Part shown: one piece after another, positions 38,901 to 51,560 of the stretch
How positions within the stretch are numbered: the first letter of the stretch is position 1
Layout of the letters: every line of letters starts with the position of its first letter
NCBI RefSeq assembly: GCF_006345805.1
Contig: NC_042997.1
Coordinates: forward strand, 153,698,001 to 153,762,000
DNA length: 64,000 nt
Source of the DNA: Octopus sinensis
Taxonomy: Eukaryota
Reading direction: 5' to 3'
Program-made: the position numbers and the translations under genes
Notes under the pieces: generated by a model
Seen by the model: the letters and a program-made list of their open reading frames with translations, nothing else
The model's database searches: none
Told to the model about the DNA's origin: nothing

Positions 38901-41900
38901 ATAGAACAAGCCTGATTAATGTATATAATCCAATAAAAATAGCAGCCATTATCATCGTTTAATGTCTGCTTTCCATGCTGGCACAGGTGGGATGGTTTGA
39001 CAGGAGCCGACCAAGCAAAAGCATGCACCACTTCTGTGATTGTTTTGTCAAGATTTTTACAGCTGGATGCCCTTCCTAACACCAACCGCCCAGCAGAGTG
39101 AATGTAATGCTTTTTATGTGGCACAAGCACAGGCAAGGTCAGTTTTGGTAAGGTTTTTGCAGCTAGATGCCCTTCCAAATGCCAACCACTTTACAGTGTG
39201 GGCTGGATGGTTTCTAAGTGGCACCTGTACTGACAGGAACACCAATTAAGTCCCAGGGTCAATAAATTAATGCTATTGTATCATAAGACCACATTGGTTA
39301 AGGTGATCCAAGAAACACACTACATGGTAAAAAGATATACTGGTCAAGGCTTGAATCACCATAACCCTTTTGCATTCATATTACTTTATCAAATGTGATT
39401 ATTATTTCTTCACATTGTTTTACAATAATCATGCATTACATTCTGGCTTTGAGATGATGGATTTAGTTTTTAGTATGAGATACCAGATCTGCCCACTTTG
39501 AGCATAATGCATGTAGAATATTTTGGCCTGATGTGGCTAGACTAAATGCTTAACAACAGAGCCCAAATTTGGCAAAAACAACCTACCTGCATGAGCTATT
39601 AATCTGGCACCAACATGTTCACCTACAAGGACTGTAAGATTCGGTGCAATTGCCACCATGCGATTTTTTAAATAATCAAACAATGTCGTTCGATATTCAG
39701 AGATTTCTATGATCTGAAATACAAAAAAGACCAATATTAATAAAGAGAATGAAATAAAAAAAGAATACTCGAAATGCAGACAGAGTAGCTGATAAATTGC
39801 AGCTAAATATTGACATTTTACAAACTGGTTCTTAGGCGTTTCATCATGGTTACAAACAGCTAGAGCTTTTACTGATTGCAATAACTGGGTGTTTTTTTCT
39901 GTTTGGATGTGATTGATATAGCATAGTGTTTCCAATACAATACTGTCACAGTATTATTTTTACTTTTGTCATGGTGAGAGATGGCATTTTCCTGAATCTT
40001 GCTTTTAGCTTAGGGCAAGCCTTTTTTTTTTTTTTTCTATTTTCTTCTTGCAGTAAATTCATCTCAACCAAGACACAAAGTATTGGACAAGTCCCCAAGA
40101 CAGAATGAATAGATATATGTGAGTGCTTGCATATTTAGCCAGACATGTGAAATGAGAAGCTTCTTACACTTGGTGTTTTTTGTTTTTTTTTCGGAGCTGT
40201 ACTGTTGGTCTCTGCGACTGGTTTTGAGAGTTGCTACTGAGAAATGTGAAATATAAGCCGCTTGCTCAAGAAGCTTCCATTTGTGACCTGAATACTCTAA
40301 ACTATGTGCCTTCACAACTACCATCTAAGGACATAAATGGTCTTTCCAACAGACTTCTGCAGTTTCTATTTGCTCAATTCAAACCTATAGTGGAAGGCAT
40401 TTGCCCAGATGTTGCACAATGGTACCAAATATGAAACCACATAATTATAGACTTAATTTCTTAACCACATAGCCATACCTAAGCAAAAAAGTAAAATCTT
40501 CACCTACCTGTTTACATAACTCTTTAATATTTCTAATATCCTCCTCTGTTATTTCTGTGCCCATTGATATTTCTGCTGTTACCTTCAGTTCCTCTTCAAC
40601 CTCTGTTGGGAGAATGGAAGAAAAGTCTAAATTCACAGCATTGGTCCTATCACCTAAAAGAGAAAAAAAAATTAAGAATTTCAGTCAACACCTAGTACAA
40701 TAGTGAAACAAAGTTATCACAAACTACATAGAAGAAAAAAAACTTACCCATTAAATCAACAGTTTTAGCAAATGCAAGATTATCTAATACTATTTTAGAT
40801 AATTCTGGAAAATGCCAACCATACCATTCTTTAGCTCTCATTACATAATTATTGAGTTCTTTGTCTAAATCATCAAGGAGTGCTGCAAGAAATATAAAAT
40901 TCTATAATTAATTTCAAAATATACATTTCCAAAAAATTCTATATGTAAATCAACACTTAACACATCCATTCTTATTAAATTTTTTGTTACCATAATTCTA
41001 TTTAAACACTTTGTTCCAATAAATGTTCAAAATGAAAAAATTTAATAAAACTGCTTTGTCATTATTAATCTGGAATTAACATGAAATTAATTAGGGGAAG
41101 AATTTAACTTAGATCACTTAGGAAGTTTATATCGGAGAATCAAGGGTGGTCTCAGGTTAGTATCAACTATTAAAAAATTAAAAATACCTGATTTCTAAAC
41201 GTCTAAGTGTGTTGTTTAACATTTTTGTTACCACTATTTCTGTTGAAATATCATTCTTTTAATTATTTTGCAATTAATGAAGAATTTAGTAAAATAACTG
41301 TCACTAAGCTGGGGGTCTGGATCAAATAAGGAATTTTGATGGAAAATTTTAATTCAGATCATTTTAACACACTAAGTTTGTATTGTGGAACCAAGGATGA
41401 TTGCAGACATGTTGGTATGAAAAAAAGCTAGACTAATATTAAGTAGAATACTATCAACTTGGTCATTTGTCATAGTCAAAACAAACTGGTTTAATATCTA
41501 CTTACTAATTGCTTGAACAATCATCGTGTCAACTTTATCAGGACTGAACTTCAGTTTATATCTTGAGAGGCTGAAAAGGAAAATTAAAACAATAACTACC
41601 AAGACAGGAATACACCTCTATTGCAAATACATCTCCATGGAAACATCTAGTCTTTACTCAACACCTAATTTTAATTTATGTATCTCTTAATATTGTGTAA
41701 CTTAAGAAAAATTAATGAAAGTGTTGTAAAGTCAGAACATTAACCCTTTCAGTACCAACACAGCTGAAACCGCCTCAAGCTCTATAGTACAAAATGACTT
41801 GTTTTCGTAAGGTTTGAATTAAAATCTTTCACCAAACCTTAGTCACAATTTATATTCCTAACATCAGCTTAATAATAACTAAGTTATTTTACTAAATGCT

Positions 41901-44900
41901 TTGTTATATTTAAAACTAATTGAAAAAAGCAGAGAATCTCAAAATCAATACACTAAGAAAACATGTAACAAGTTTAACATTTTAAATATTGGAATTCTTT
42001 CAAGATTAAAAAAAATAACCAAAACTAAAGATCCAATCAAGCTCATCATACGACTGCTAATTTGTGAGTTTGTTACAAAACTTTCTTCATAACCATGTAA
42101 AAAGAAAAACCTTTCGTTGTGCCTGTTTCTCAAAATATAACCCACAATCGGAATTTGGATCAATTTCCATCTAAGTATTAAGCCAATGTCTCAGTGGTAG
42201 TGACGAATAACAAATTCATCAAGGTATATATGTTCATTGCCTTCATCATAGACTCTGGCTTAACAACTTACAAATGACAAACACAGGAAGGGATGATTAA
42301 CCCTTTCATTACTGTATTTATTTTGAGATGCTGTTTCTTTCAATTAACTTTAAATATAACTAAGAATTTAGTAAAATAACTTAGCTATCATTAAGCTAGT
42401 GTTAGGAACATAAATTGTGACAAACGTTTGGTGGAAGATTTTAATTCAAAAGTTATGAAAACAAGACATTTGTAATACAGAGCCAGAGGCGGTTTGGTAT
42501 CGAAAGGGTTAAATAGAAATTTTTTTAAAAAAGACAAAATGGAACAAGAACAAGAGATGTGGGATGTCACAGAATGTGACAACAGAACTTTGAGAAAGAA
42601 ACTATAATAATAATAAAGCTGAAGACCAAATATACAGTGCATGTGTTTAATTGGCAAAATGTGACCATCTCCAAATATATCAAAAAATATAAACAAATGT
42701 AGGAATCTACCACATTTACTCAACACCTATTCTGCATAAACCCTTTAGCATTTAAACTGGCCATATCTGGGCCCAAATATTCGTTTTTCTCGGTGGTGAA
42801 GCACGACCTGCGAACTTTAGGTCTCACCATGGAAATGACTAGAGACCGAGACCTATGGAAGTATGCTGTGCATGAGAAGACCCGGCAAGACTAGTGAAGC
42901 CATAACCCGTGGCCCCTACCTGGGACGTAGTCAGTCCACCTGTGCATACCTTCCTTCTTGTGACACTTGTGAAGACCTGTTGAGGCAAGTGAAAATCAAA
43001 TCAAAATAGATGAACATCAATGGAATTTGTATCTTTGTGGTACCAGTGCCGGTGGCACATAAGAAAACCATCCGAACGTGGCCGTAGCCAGTACCACATC
43101 GACTGGCCTCCGTGCTGTGGGCACGTAACAAACACCATCCGATCATGGCCGTTCGCCAGCCTCGTCTGGCACCCGTGTCGGTGGCACATAAAAAACACCA
43201 TCCGAGCGTGGCCGTCTGCCAGCCTCGTCTGGCACCTGTGTCGGTGGCACATAAAAAAACACCATCCAAGCGTGGCCATTTGCCAGCCTCGTCTGGCACC
43301 TGTGTCGGTGGCACATAAAATCACCCACTACAAATTCGGAGTGGTTGGCATTAGGAAGGGCATCCAGCTGTAGAAACACTGCCAGATCTGACTGGCCTGG
43401 TGCAGCCTTCGGGCTCCCCAGACCCCAGTTGAACCGTCCAACCCATGCCAGCATGGAAAGCAGACGTTAAATGATGATGATTTTTGGTCTTATATTCCTA
43501 TTGAAACACTGCTTTTATTACAATTAATCCTGACTTGGAAAACTGTCATTATTAAGCTGGTGTTTGGAATGTAAACTTGCTGGAAGGTTTTAATTTAGAC
43601 CACTCTAAATCAAGAAGTTTGTACCATATAATCAGAGTCAGCCACAGGCAAGTTGGTATCATAAAGGTTTGAACTGGTCAAATCTTTCCCCTGACACACC
43701 CTACAATGTCATTGTAAACATAAATAATCACGTCATTGAAAGCTTGAAGTTACAAGATAACACATGATTAATTCAAAACAATGTGAATTAAATAAGTATT
43801 ACATTTGACAGTGATCTGAATGCTAAAGGGTTAAAGAATATAAACTAAATCGAAATTACACAAAATATTGGAAATGAATGACACGGTATGACAGTGACAC
43901 TCATTAACAGCTCTCATGCAATGCCATGACAAGGAGATACAAACACATGACAAGCTTCTTTCAATTTCTGTTAGCTAAATCCACTCACAAGGTTTTGGTT
44001 AGCCTAGGGTTACAGAAGACACTTGTGCAAAATGTCTCAGTGAAATGAATCCAAAATTATGTGGTTGGGAAGCAAACTTCTTAATCATAAAGCCAAGCCT
44101 GCATTTCCTAACCACAAATGCTTCATTGAAGGATTTCCATATCAAAGACATTGAATCACCTACCACCAAGGATTTTAACCTTTTTATGGATATTTCTAAT
44201 ATGTAGGCTGTTTAAGTTTCAATTTATTTTCACTAGACTGAGTTAATAAAATACCTAAAACATTATATAATTAGGATTTTGTTAGTGATGTGGGTCCTAC
44301 AAAACCTTTGAACTTAGAAGCCAAGCTTGATGAGTATGTCTGTCAAATTTTTGTCAGAATGGAAAATGTCATGTACACCAACAGGATAACACTGCTACAT
44401 TATGGAAATGGAGCTTTAACCACTACAAATTGATAATTACACCCACATTTTGTACCAAAACACCAGCAACATAGTGTATTCTAAGTATAATGCTACTCGC
44501 AATATTGATCTTGTTATTCTACAATCAAGTTTTCATCTTTATAAATATTTAGTAACATTAACCCTTTAGTATTTAAACAGGACATAGCCAAAATATTTCA
44601 CCTGTTTTATCTTCAAACTGGCCAGATCTGACCTTTTACACTTGAACTACAATATCATTCTAAAAACATTCATGTCACTGAAATCTCATAACTTTGAGAT
44701 AATGCATGATTAATTCAAAACAATGTGAATAAATAAGCATTAAAGTTGACAAATCTGAATGCTAAAGAGTTAATATTCTAATGTCTCAACAAATCAAACA
44801 GTTGCTGTCTTTAAAAATAAGAAAATGAGCTGGGTTCATCAATGAAGAAGTTCATTGTCTTCTTCATTGATCCCCGACTCCATGTTTTCAATCTTATTAA

Positions 44901-47900
44901 TGATCCACTAAGATAACTAAATCTAAAATAGTCTATGTGCACTTCCGTTTATAAACTACACCACTGGATTTAAATATTACAAATTTGTACAGAAATAAAT
45001 TACCTGTGAGCTAAACCTATATTCATAGCTGTTACCTCTTTACTCGTGACACCAGTCAGTAAATTATCAGCTTGCATCCGAATGCATCTAAACAATTCAA
45101 CAACACTGGAATTGCAGACACAAGGGATATCAAACTTTTCCTATGGGCAAAGAAAACAAAAACAAAGAAATAAATGCATAGAAACAAAATGTGATGTTGA
45201 CATTGTCAAAAAAAAACATTCATTATGATAGTTTTAATTAACCTTCTTAGGAAAAAATTTATTTAACAATATGATGAATCAGGAAAAAATTTACTCGAGT
45301 TTCAGGAAAATTATCCAAGATACTTAAAGATTGAATTTCTGAATAATCATGGGCCTCTGTTGATAATCATTAGTCAATAATGTGGAAATCACTACTCTTC
45401 CCCCAACGGAAAATGCATTAGTTAACAACAGAACAGACATTACCAAATTACATCAAGGATAGAGAATTATGAACTAAAACAACGCTAAAAGCTTTAATCT
45501 CTAAGTGTCAGAATTACCTTGATGAGATTACCAATTTTGGCATCAGCAACAATCAATTCTTCTGTGGCATCTTTCACAAGTGTTTTCTTGAGGAATTTCT
45601 TTAAGTCACTGCCTAACTTGCTTTCTACAGAAGCAGTAATTGCTGAAAGAGAAATATCACGATCAACAGCTGCAGAAACCCTTCTACAGTATATAGCAAT
45701 TAAAATTGAAATTGTTTTTATGTTAAGACATTTATTATCTAATTGAAATAGCCAGGAAATGAAGTTTTAAAAAATAATTCTGAATGACAAGAGACATTAT
45801 AAATTGAAATTTTGCGTTTAGTTAATTCACAATTATGTACCAAATTCAATTCACAAGGGAATTTAATTTGTTTAAAAGAGAAACACTTACAGGCTCGATA
45901 AGTGGTAGTAATGATTGTGATTAGTTTTAGCAAGAATCAGTCAGAGAATACAGAAATTTAGTTCCCACTTCTCTCATTATCATTGAGATTGATTGAATGA
46001 GTATGTAATTGTAAGACACATTGGCAATAGCCACCAAATCTAACTTGAATCACATTCTATCGTCTTGAAAAAAAATGTAGTAGCAGTGGCCTCTCAGGAG
46101 GAAATGATATTGCAAATAAACTTACCAGCAAGACCTTTAGTAGTATCTTCAAATTTCTGGAAATATTTTAACTTTAATCTACAAAAAAAAAAAAATTCCA
46201 ATAAGCCAAATATGACTTGATTACAAACAACAAATTATACGGCACTGTCATTACTACTTATACACACATACAATAAATACAGACACACACACATTAGTCA
46301 GACATATAGCCACATATACACACACTGCAAGAATATATTTATTTATAAAGTTTAAACAGCATGACAGTGCCGATAAGGCGTAAGTTAACGAAGATATAAA
46401 CCTGACGTAAATAGTAAATACACGAAGTTGACGACTTTCACTTCTGACAGCTAAAAGCATGACAGTGCCAATTATACACTCAAATTTTAGATCAATAGGA
46501 AAGACCAAATTGAATTTCATATCAAACCAAGCAATAGAGAAAACATTTTAATTTCAGTAGGATGAAATGCTGTACTTACATTTTGTTTGCAGAATCAGAA
46601 GTCTTAAAGTCGTGAAATAAGTTTTCGGATTTCGATAATTTGCTCTCATCTAATAGCTGAAAAGAGAAAAAACAACATTGCACTCAAATATTAAATTGAC
46701 TGAAAATGTACTTATTGCCTTTTGCTAAGGTCAACTGCCTCAGAAAGCTCGTTTAAAATCTTTTTTTTTTTTTTTATCATGAGGACATTTAAAAATTGAT
46801 TATTGATTTAGCACACAGATCTCAGATGATTCTAAAAAAAATTCTACCCAAAGGTTCCCCTCCCCTACCAACTCCAAGCAAAGTATATTTAGTGGGTATA
46901 TCAAAATCTTTTCTCCTACCCTAATCCTTTCATAATTTCCTGTGCCTCTGGGGTGCTTTTACTGTCTATGTCCACTGTACTACTTACCATTTTAACACGA
47001 AGAGTTATCTACCAAGTTCTAAGTATCGTATGTAATACACACACATTATTGTTAAAGAATGAAAATTTCTCGACGTCTATTGTTTGCTTCAAAATATTCC
47101 TGCTTAGTTGGGTTCCCAATAACTTTCATCGATCGACTTTCTGTCACTGAACCGCGGTCATACTGGGGCACCGCCTCGCACCCAGCAGTTTTGGTAAAAC
47201 TAGATTACCTCTCCGTCATATCGTTACGAAGATGCATCGGGACCCGTTTCTAAGTAGTGCCCGTATTTCTTCAAGTCTGGTAGTCGGTTCTTTTGACGGT
47301 AAAATTTTCGAGTATTTTACCCTTTTGATGAACCGCTAGTTACAAAGACGTGAACAAACAAACTCCGGTTGTCAAGCGGTGAGGACAGGCAGACTCACAT
47401 ATATTACACGAAGGACTTCCACACGTTCCGTCAATCAAATTAATTCATAAGGCATCGACTAGCCTGGGACTCTGGAGACACCTAAGACGTCGGGCAGTGA
47501 GATTGAACATGGAACACACTTGCCAAGGGAATTTAACCACACATACAGAATTTCATATAACTCAGTCGCAATTTTAACAATTTAAAAAATTTATTTCAGA
47601 TACCTAACTTTTGATAGTACACTCGATCAAATTGAGAAATGCAAGTAAAACCACAATAAAAGAGAATTTTTTTTTTTTACCCTCAACACTGGATTTAAAT
47701 CCCGAAAAACAGAGATCAACTTTAACTTTCCCCTTTTTGCGGTCGAAAGAAGTATTAATCTTGTGTGATGTACTGGCGAAGCAGTTAATGAGTCGGGGGG
47801 TCATTGCGTCGTCCGCAACGACAGTGACTAGCTGCACCGGCACACATCAGTAGTGTAGAGATTTGCATGTATGTGCAACTAAGTCTTGCTCAGGCCTACA

Positions 47901-48637
47901 AATACCTGTGCAAATGGACGATGGCCAACCTTGATCCATGGAAGACGAGACGATTATGCCTGGAACGCATTCGATGATATTTTGGAACTAATCAAAGTTT
48001 ACTAAGTTTAAGCAACCCATGACCGGAGTAATTGATGCATGTCTTCCTGTATCAATATTTAGTCGTGCCCGTGATTTATTTGTTTAAAAATTAAGGTGCC
48101 GGCTTTATTTAAGTCTCCGATGTACGCGTGGAGCGGGTAGAAATGAAACACGTGATGACATTAAAATGATGGAATTATTTTAATCACAAAATATCAGGAA
48201 AAAACTTGTTTCAGATATTTTCAACAATTTGAAAAAGCACGAGGAAGATTTGAATTGTCGAAGTAAATAAAAAAATAACTTTTTTTCAAAGATAAGATCA
48301 GAGAAATTAGTTTAAGAAAATTTAAAATAAAAAATAATAAAATTAATAAATTATAAAATTAATTGTAAATTACATTTAAAAACATTTTCTAGTCGATTTA
48401 TTTAACAACAGATAATTACTTCCAAAGGACCTTATTTCGTCACCACGTGGACAAGGCATGGAAGGATCACGTTATGTAGGGCAATGTTAAATAATGACCA
48501 GATAATGCGGCTTTTAGTTCATAGAAATGCACAAAAAATGTTAATCAACATGTATTGCACAATATTTATTTCATTTAATTGTTATATCTTACCTTAAATA
48601 TGGCATAGCCAGTGGCCGTGTCGAATAAAACCAACAT
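32973..48637 (-). CDS. NOP58: Nucleolar protein 58 (box C/D snoRNP core), 15 exons, 499 aa
   Basis: Exons (minus): 48637-48593, 46656-46580, 46178-46126, 45642-45518, 45140-45004, 41570-41506, 40882-40748, 40653-40508, 39713-39587, 38467-38304, 36761-36627, 36530-36472, 35952-35834, 33327-33292, 33049-32973. Total 1500 nt, phases consistent. Motifs: [86 protein letters not shown], Lys-rich tail. Confidence 0.96.
33146..33232 (-). ncRNA. Box C/D snoRNA candidate, target unassigned, NOP58 intron 14
   Basis: C ATGATGA 33220-33214, D' TTGA 33204-33201, C' ATGATGA 33188-33182, D CTGA 33161-33158. Terminal stem aaaggt-cgtca / tggcg-a-accttt. Confidence 0.75.
42181..42260 (-). ncRNA. SNORD70: Box C/D snoRNA, SNORD70-like (predicted guide for 18S rRNA, human Am512 equivalent), NOP58 intron 5
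   Basis: Minus strand: C box ATGATGA 42249-42243, C' TTGATGA 42222-42216, guide TTCGTCACTACC complementary to 18S GGUAGUGACGAA, D box CTGA 42194-42191, terminal stems agcca/tggct and gtc/gac. Confidence 0.82.
42790..43482 (-). repeat. LINE-3'-type repeat (family C) with internal ~60-bp minisatellite (43040-43322)
   Basis: Family motif (atc)n gtttaacgtccg..ccatgctagcatgggttg...ggatgcccttcctaatgccaacc, also at 33361-33505, 37290-37490, 38950-39240 and 60943-61130. About 4.5 units of cacctgtgtcggtggcacataaaaaacaccatccgagcgtggccgtctgccagcctcgtctgg. Confidence 0.75.
47759..47915 (-). ncRNA. Box H/ACA sno/scaRNA candidate, NOP58 intron 1
   Basis: Hairpin closed by atttgca/tgcaaat, H box ACACTA (47856-47851), hairpin closed by tgatgt/acatca, then ACA plus 3 nt. 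GC-richer than the surrounding intron. Confidence 0.45.
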
Positions 48638-48685
48638 GCTTGACGGGAGAGACGGCCTCACGACGAAGCAGTCAACACCCTCGTG

Positions 48686-48706
48686 GTAAGAAAGAAAGCA
48701 AAGCGT
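48686..48706 (-). promoter_or_regulatory. Candidate TCT/5'TOP-type start for NOP58
   Basis: Pyrimidine run CTTTGCTTTCTTTCTT about 50-65 nt upstream of the ATG, with a CGGAAG (ETS-like) motif just upstream. snoRNA host genes often have 5'TOP starts. Confidence 0.35.
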
Positions 48707-49526
48707 GCTTTACCGCTTTCTCCCACAATTCCTAACTTCCGTTAAACTGAACATCATTACCATAAACCAATGGATTACTGTCGTCATTTCATGCAAGTGC
48801 TCGCTCTCTCTCTTTCCCTCTCTATCTCTCCCCCTCTCTCTCTCTTTACGTAGCACTTAATAAATATTAATAAATACCGTGTTTAGGCCAAGTTTCAAAT
48901 TATTAGAATGTTGTATATCAAATTTGTATATATTATATATATAAATATGATGGGTCAATTATTGCTGAAATTTGGCGGTTATAACGAGTTGGTTTACGGC
49001 CGAATTCAACCGGTGTAGCATATTTGCACTTGCGTGCAGTAATCGAAAGATTTCATTATTTAGGAGAAATAAATGATAAGATACTTATTTTATTAACATA
49101 AAATGGAGAAAACGTTAATTCTATCAAAGGAAATTAAACCACATAGACATGTCATGAGCGATAATATACCATAAATAATAGTCCCAGTAATTAAATATTT
49201 TAAGATGACTAACTGACTAAAAGTGATTCCTATTACATAATGACAACATAATTCACATTATAGCATTTCAAGATACGTAGCGGAGAGGCCGCATTTTATT
49301 CAACGTGTTTAAAGGGTAGATAAAACCAGCTTTTCCAGTTGAATTTGTAAATTAAACTTCTCAGAATTCTTATTCAGAAAGTAAAGGGACGTAACTAAGT
49401 GTCATGTGTTCTATAGTGTAAGCTGCTTTCTAACAAATCAAGAGAACGAATGATGGCAAAAAGTTGAATGTGAAATATTAATTGAGTGATAGAATAAAAC
49501 CTTGCAGTATTTAGATACAACCTTTA

Positions 49527-49571
<45 letters not shown>

Positions 49572-49643
49572 TACTGGAGTAAACACATAAAGGCGAAACA
49601 AGGTGGGAAAGTAGTACCCGAATACCAGAGGTACAGTAATATG

Positions 49644-49788
49644 CTTTATTGAAAAGCAGCAGAAATATCACAAAAACTTTTACTCAGAGTTTCACGTTTC
49701 CGTTCGTCGGACAGTTTTGTTTAGATTCTAAACGGGAACGTTGAAACTCTGAGTAACAGTTGTGATATTTCTGCTGCTTTTTATAAAG
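49644..49788. mobile_element. Short inverted-repeat element (~60-bp arms) with a hammerhead-like motif on the minus strand (49672-49718)
   Basis: Arms 49644-49704 and 49731-49788. Minus strand reads aaaactgt-CCGACGA-ACG(GAAA)CGU-GAAA-CUC(U)GAG-UA^aaaguuuu. Confidence 0.55.
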
Positions 49789-50249
49789 TATATATATAGT
49801 GAGCTCAAACTCACCCATGTCAACTTATCTATCCTCTGGGATCGATTAAATCGACTGCGCCTGGACGTTATATCTGTGGTCTTCTGAAAAATCATTTTGT
49901 TACCAACAGATCTATAGCAGTCGAGTGAAACTTCTTTCCTTGTCATTCCTTTCACATTAAAAATATTTTTGAGAAGCATATCAGATCTTATTGTCCAAAC
50001 GGAAAACTTGAACTTGGAGGGATTTGAATTTGGAACTTGAAAAAAAATTAACAACTAACAAATATCATTTAATCTAGCGATCTATGGTTTTTAATTTTTA
50101 ACTACTCTAACATCTTTGGAAAATAATTACAGCCGTAACTGATATTTATTTTACTGGCATTTCATAAATGACAGGCTAAATATATAAATGAAATCTTTAT
50201 TCAAAATATGAAAAGGAATATATTCTACAAAAGAAAAAGAAAATAAAAA

Positions 50250-50500
50250 AGAATGAGAAAGAAAAAAATATCAATGCAGCACCAAGTGCTTCCATTGGTC
50301 GCACACCACAAGGTTCAACAGGGAACCTACAGAAACAAGAGGCGATGGCGAAGCTAAGGCGCTGGAAAAGCCAACCATCATCACGGACATCACTGACACC
50401 TCGGTAAGGCGAATTGCCAACTTTGACAAGAACTTCGTCCTTAGTTGTCCAGTCCCTCCAATCGTCACGTGCTGGAAGACATAGTTCACAACAGGCCCCG
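50250..50500 (-). mobile_element. 3' end of a related CRE-like element, opposite orientation
   Basis: GGTGQLRTKFLSKLAIRLTE. 3' UTR cgaccaatggaagcacttggtgctgcattg matches 53247-53276. Confidence 0.7.
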
Positions 50501-50799
50501 ATACTTCAGGGTTTTGTTCCGTTCAAGCTAAATATGAATTCAGTTCGGTGCTCAATCGTTCTTTCAAAAAGTCTTCATACCCTACATATCAAAGCATGTG
50601 CTTAAGTGCTCCGCTATTAACAACCTCAGTTATAGGAGACACGAAGATAAAACCGAAATATTTTGACAATGAAACCAGTTCGAGTGTTAGTCTTTCTAAG
50701 CTTAAATATGGAACGAAATCGAAGACATAATTTAAATCTTTAGTCTAAAGAAACAACGGTATAAAGATATATATGTAGGTGGAATAATATCAGAGATGC

Positions 50800-51560
50800 A
50801 GGAGCTACCCTAAAGTTTGCCAGCTCTTCTAAATCCATTGCAATGCTGGAAACCCTTCCGTATTGTCAGCGAGTATCTCAAGGTCACAAGCGTTTCGCCC
50901 CTTAGTCTGTACGCTTTGCCTGAGTGAGGCAGCAAGGATTGAGCTAGTCTTCACCTACGGAAGGTTCCATTTGAGGTCTTTTATCAACCATAGCCACCTT
51001 GAGCTAGTCTCAGCTGCTGTGCATAAGTCCTTGATGGGTTTTTTCAGTTGTGTGTGTTCCATACCTATCTTCTGCAGGAAATAGCACACTGACTTAGGTG
51101 GAAAGCCACGGCTGCCGACTTCAATTGGAGAATGAGGCTGCATACTAGCCCTTGACAAGGGTCATGTCGACTAAGTCCTGAGATTTCGATTTCTTAACCT
51201 GGTGGGAAATATCAAGTATGTCCTACCAGGGCACAGTGAGTTCGGCCACAATGATCGTTTTTGTATTCCCGGAGAGCAGGAACATGTCTAGTCGGAGTTA
51301 TGCTACCACTATTTCCTTAGGTGCATTTGCATCTCGCCTCGGGAGCTTTGTCCCCTTCCTTTAGGAATTTCATACCCTTTGGTGGCGGTGGTTGGTGTTT
51401 ATTAGCTTTCGTCCTTAGTAGATCAGTCCATTTGGCAATTTCTGCAAGAACCTTGTCATGCATCCACTTATATCGGCCTTCTCCCAGTGCCCTGGGGCAT
51501 CCGTTCAAAATGTGGTTCAGAGTGCAGAGTTGCTTCGTACTGCTTGCAGGACGGGTGTTC
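50800..51560 (-). mobile_element. RLE-type non-LTR retrotransposon 3' fragment (HERO/NeSL-like)
   Basis: GCPRALGEGRYKWMHDKVLAEIA, TIIVAELTVP, PIEVGSRGF, AAETSSRWLW. Confidence 0.7.

Noticed and set aside
40235-40370. Possible H/ACA RNA in NOP58 intron 8 (AGAGTA ... ACA)
   Set aside because: Hairpins are weak with no proper pseudouridylation pocket.
43001-43454. Overlapping Cys/His-rich repetitive ORFs
   Set aside because: Produced by the 60-bp minisatellite in several frames; intronic.
45935-45995. C/D-like motif pair in NOP58 intron 3
   Set aside because: C box imperfect (ATGATAA) and only ~43 nt from C to D, too short.
47040-47300. GC-richer island with small hairpins in NOP58 intron 1
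   Set aside because: No snRNA, RNase P/MRP or snoRNA boxes with correct spacing; may be a transposon remnant.
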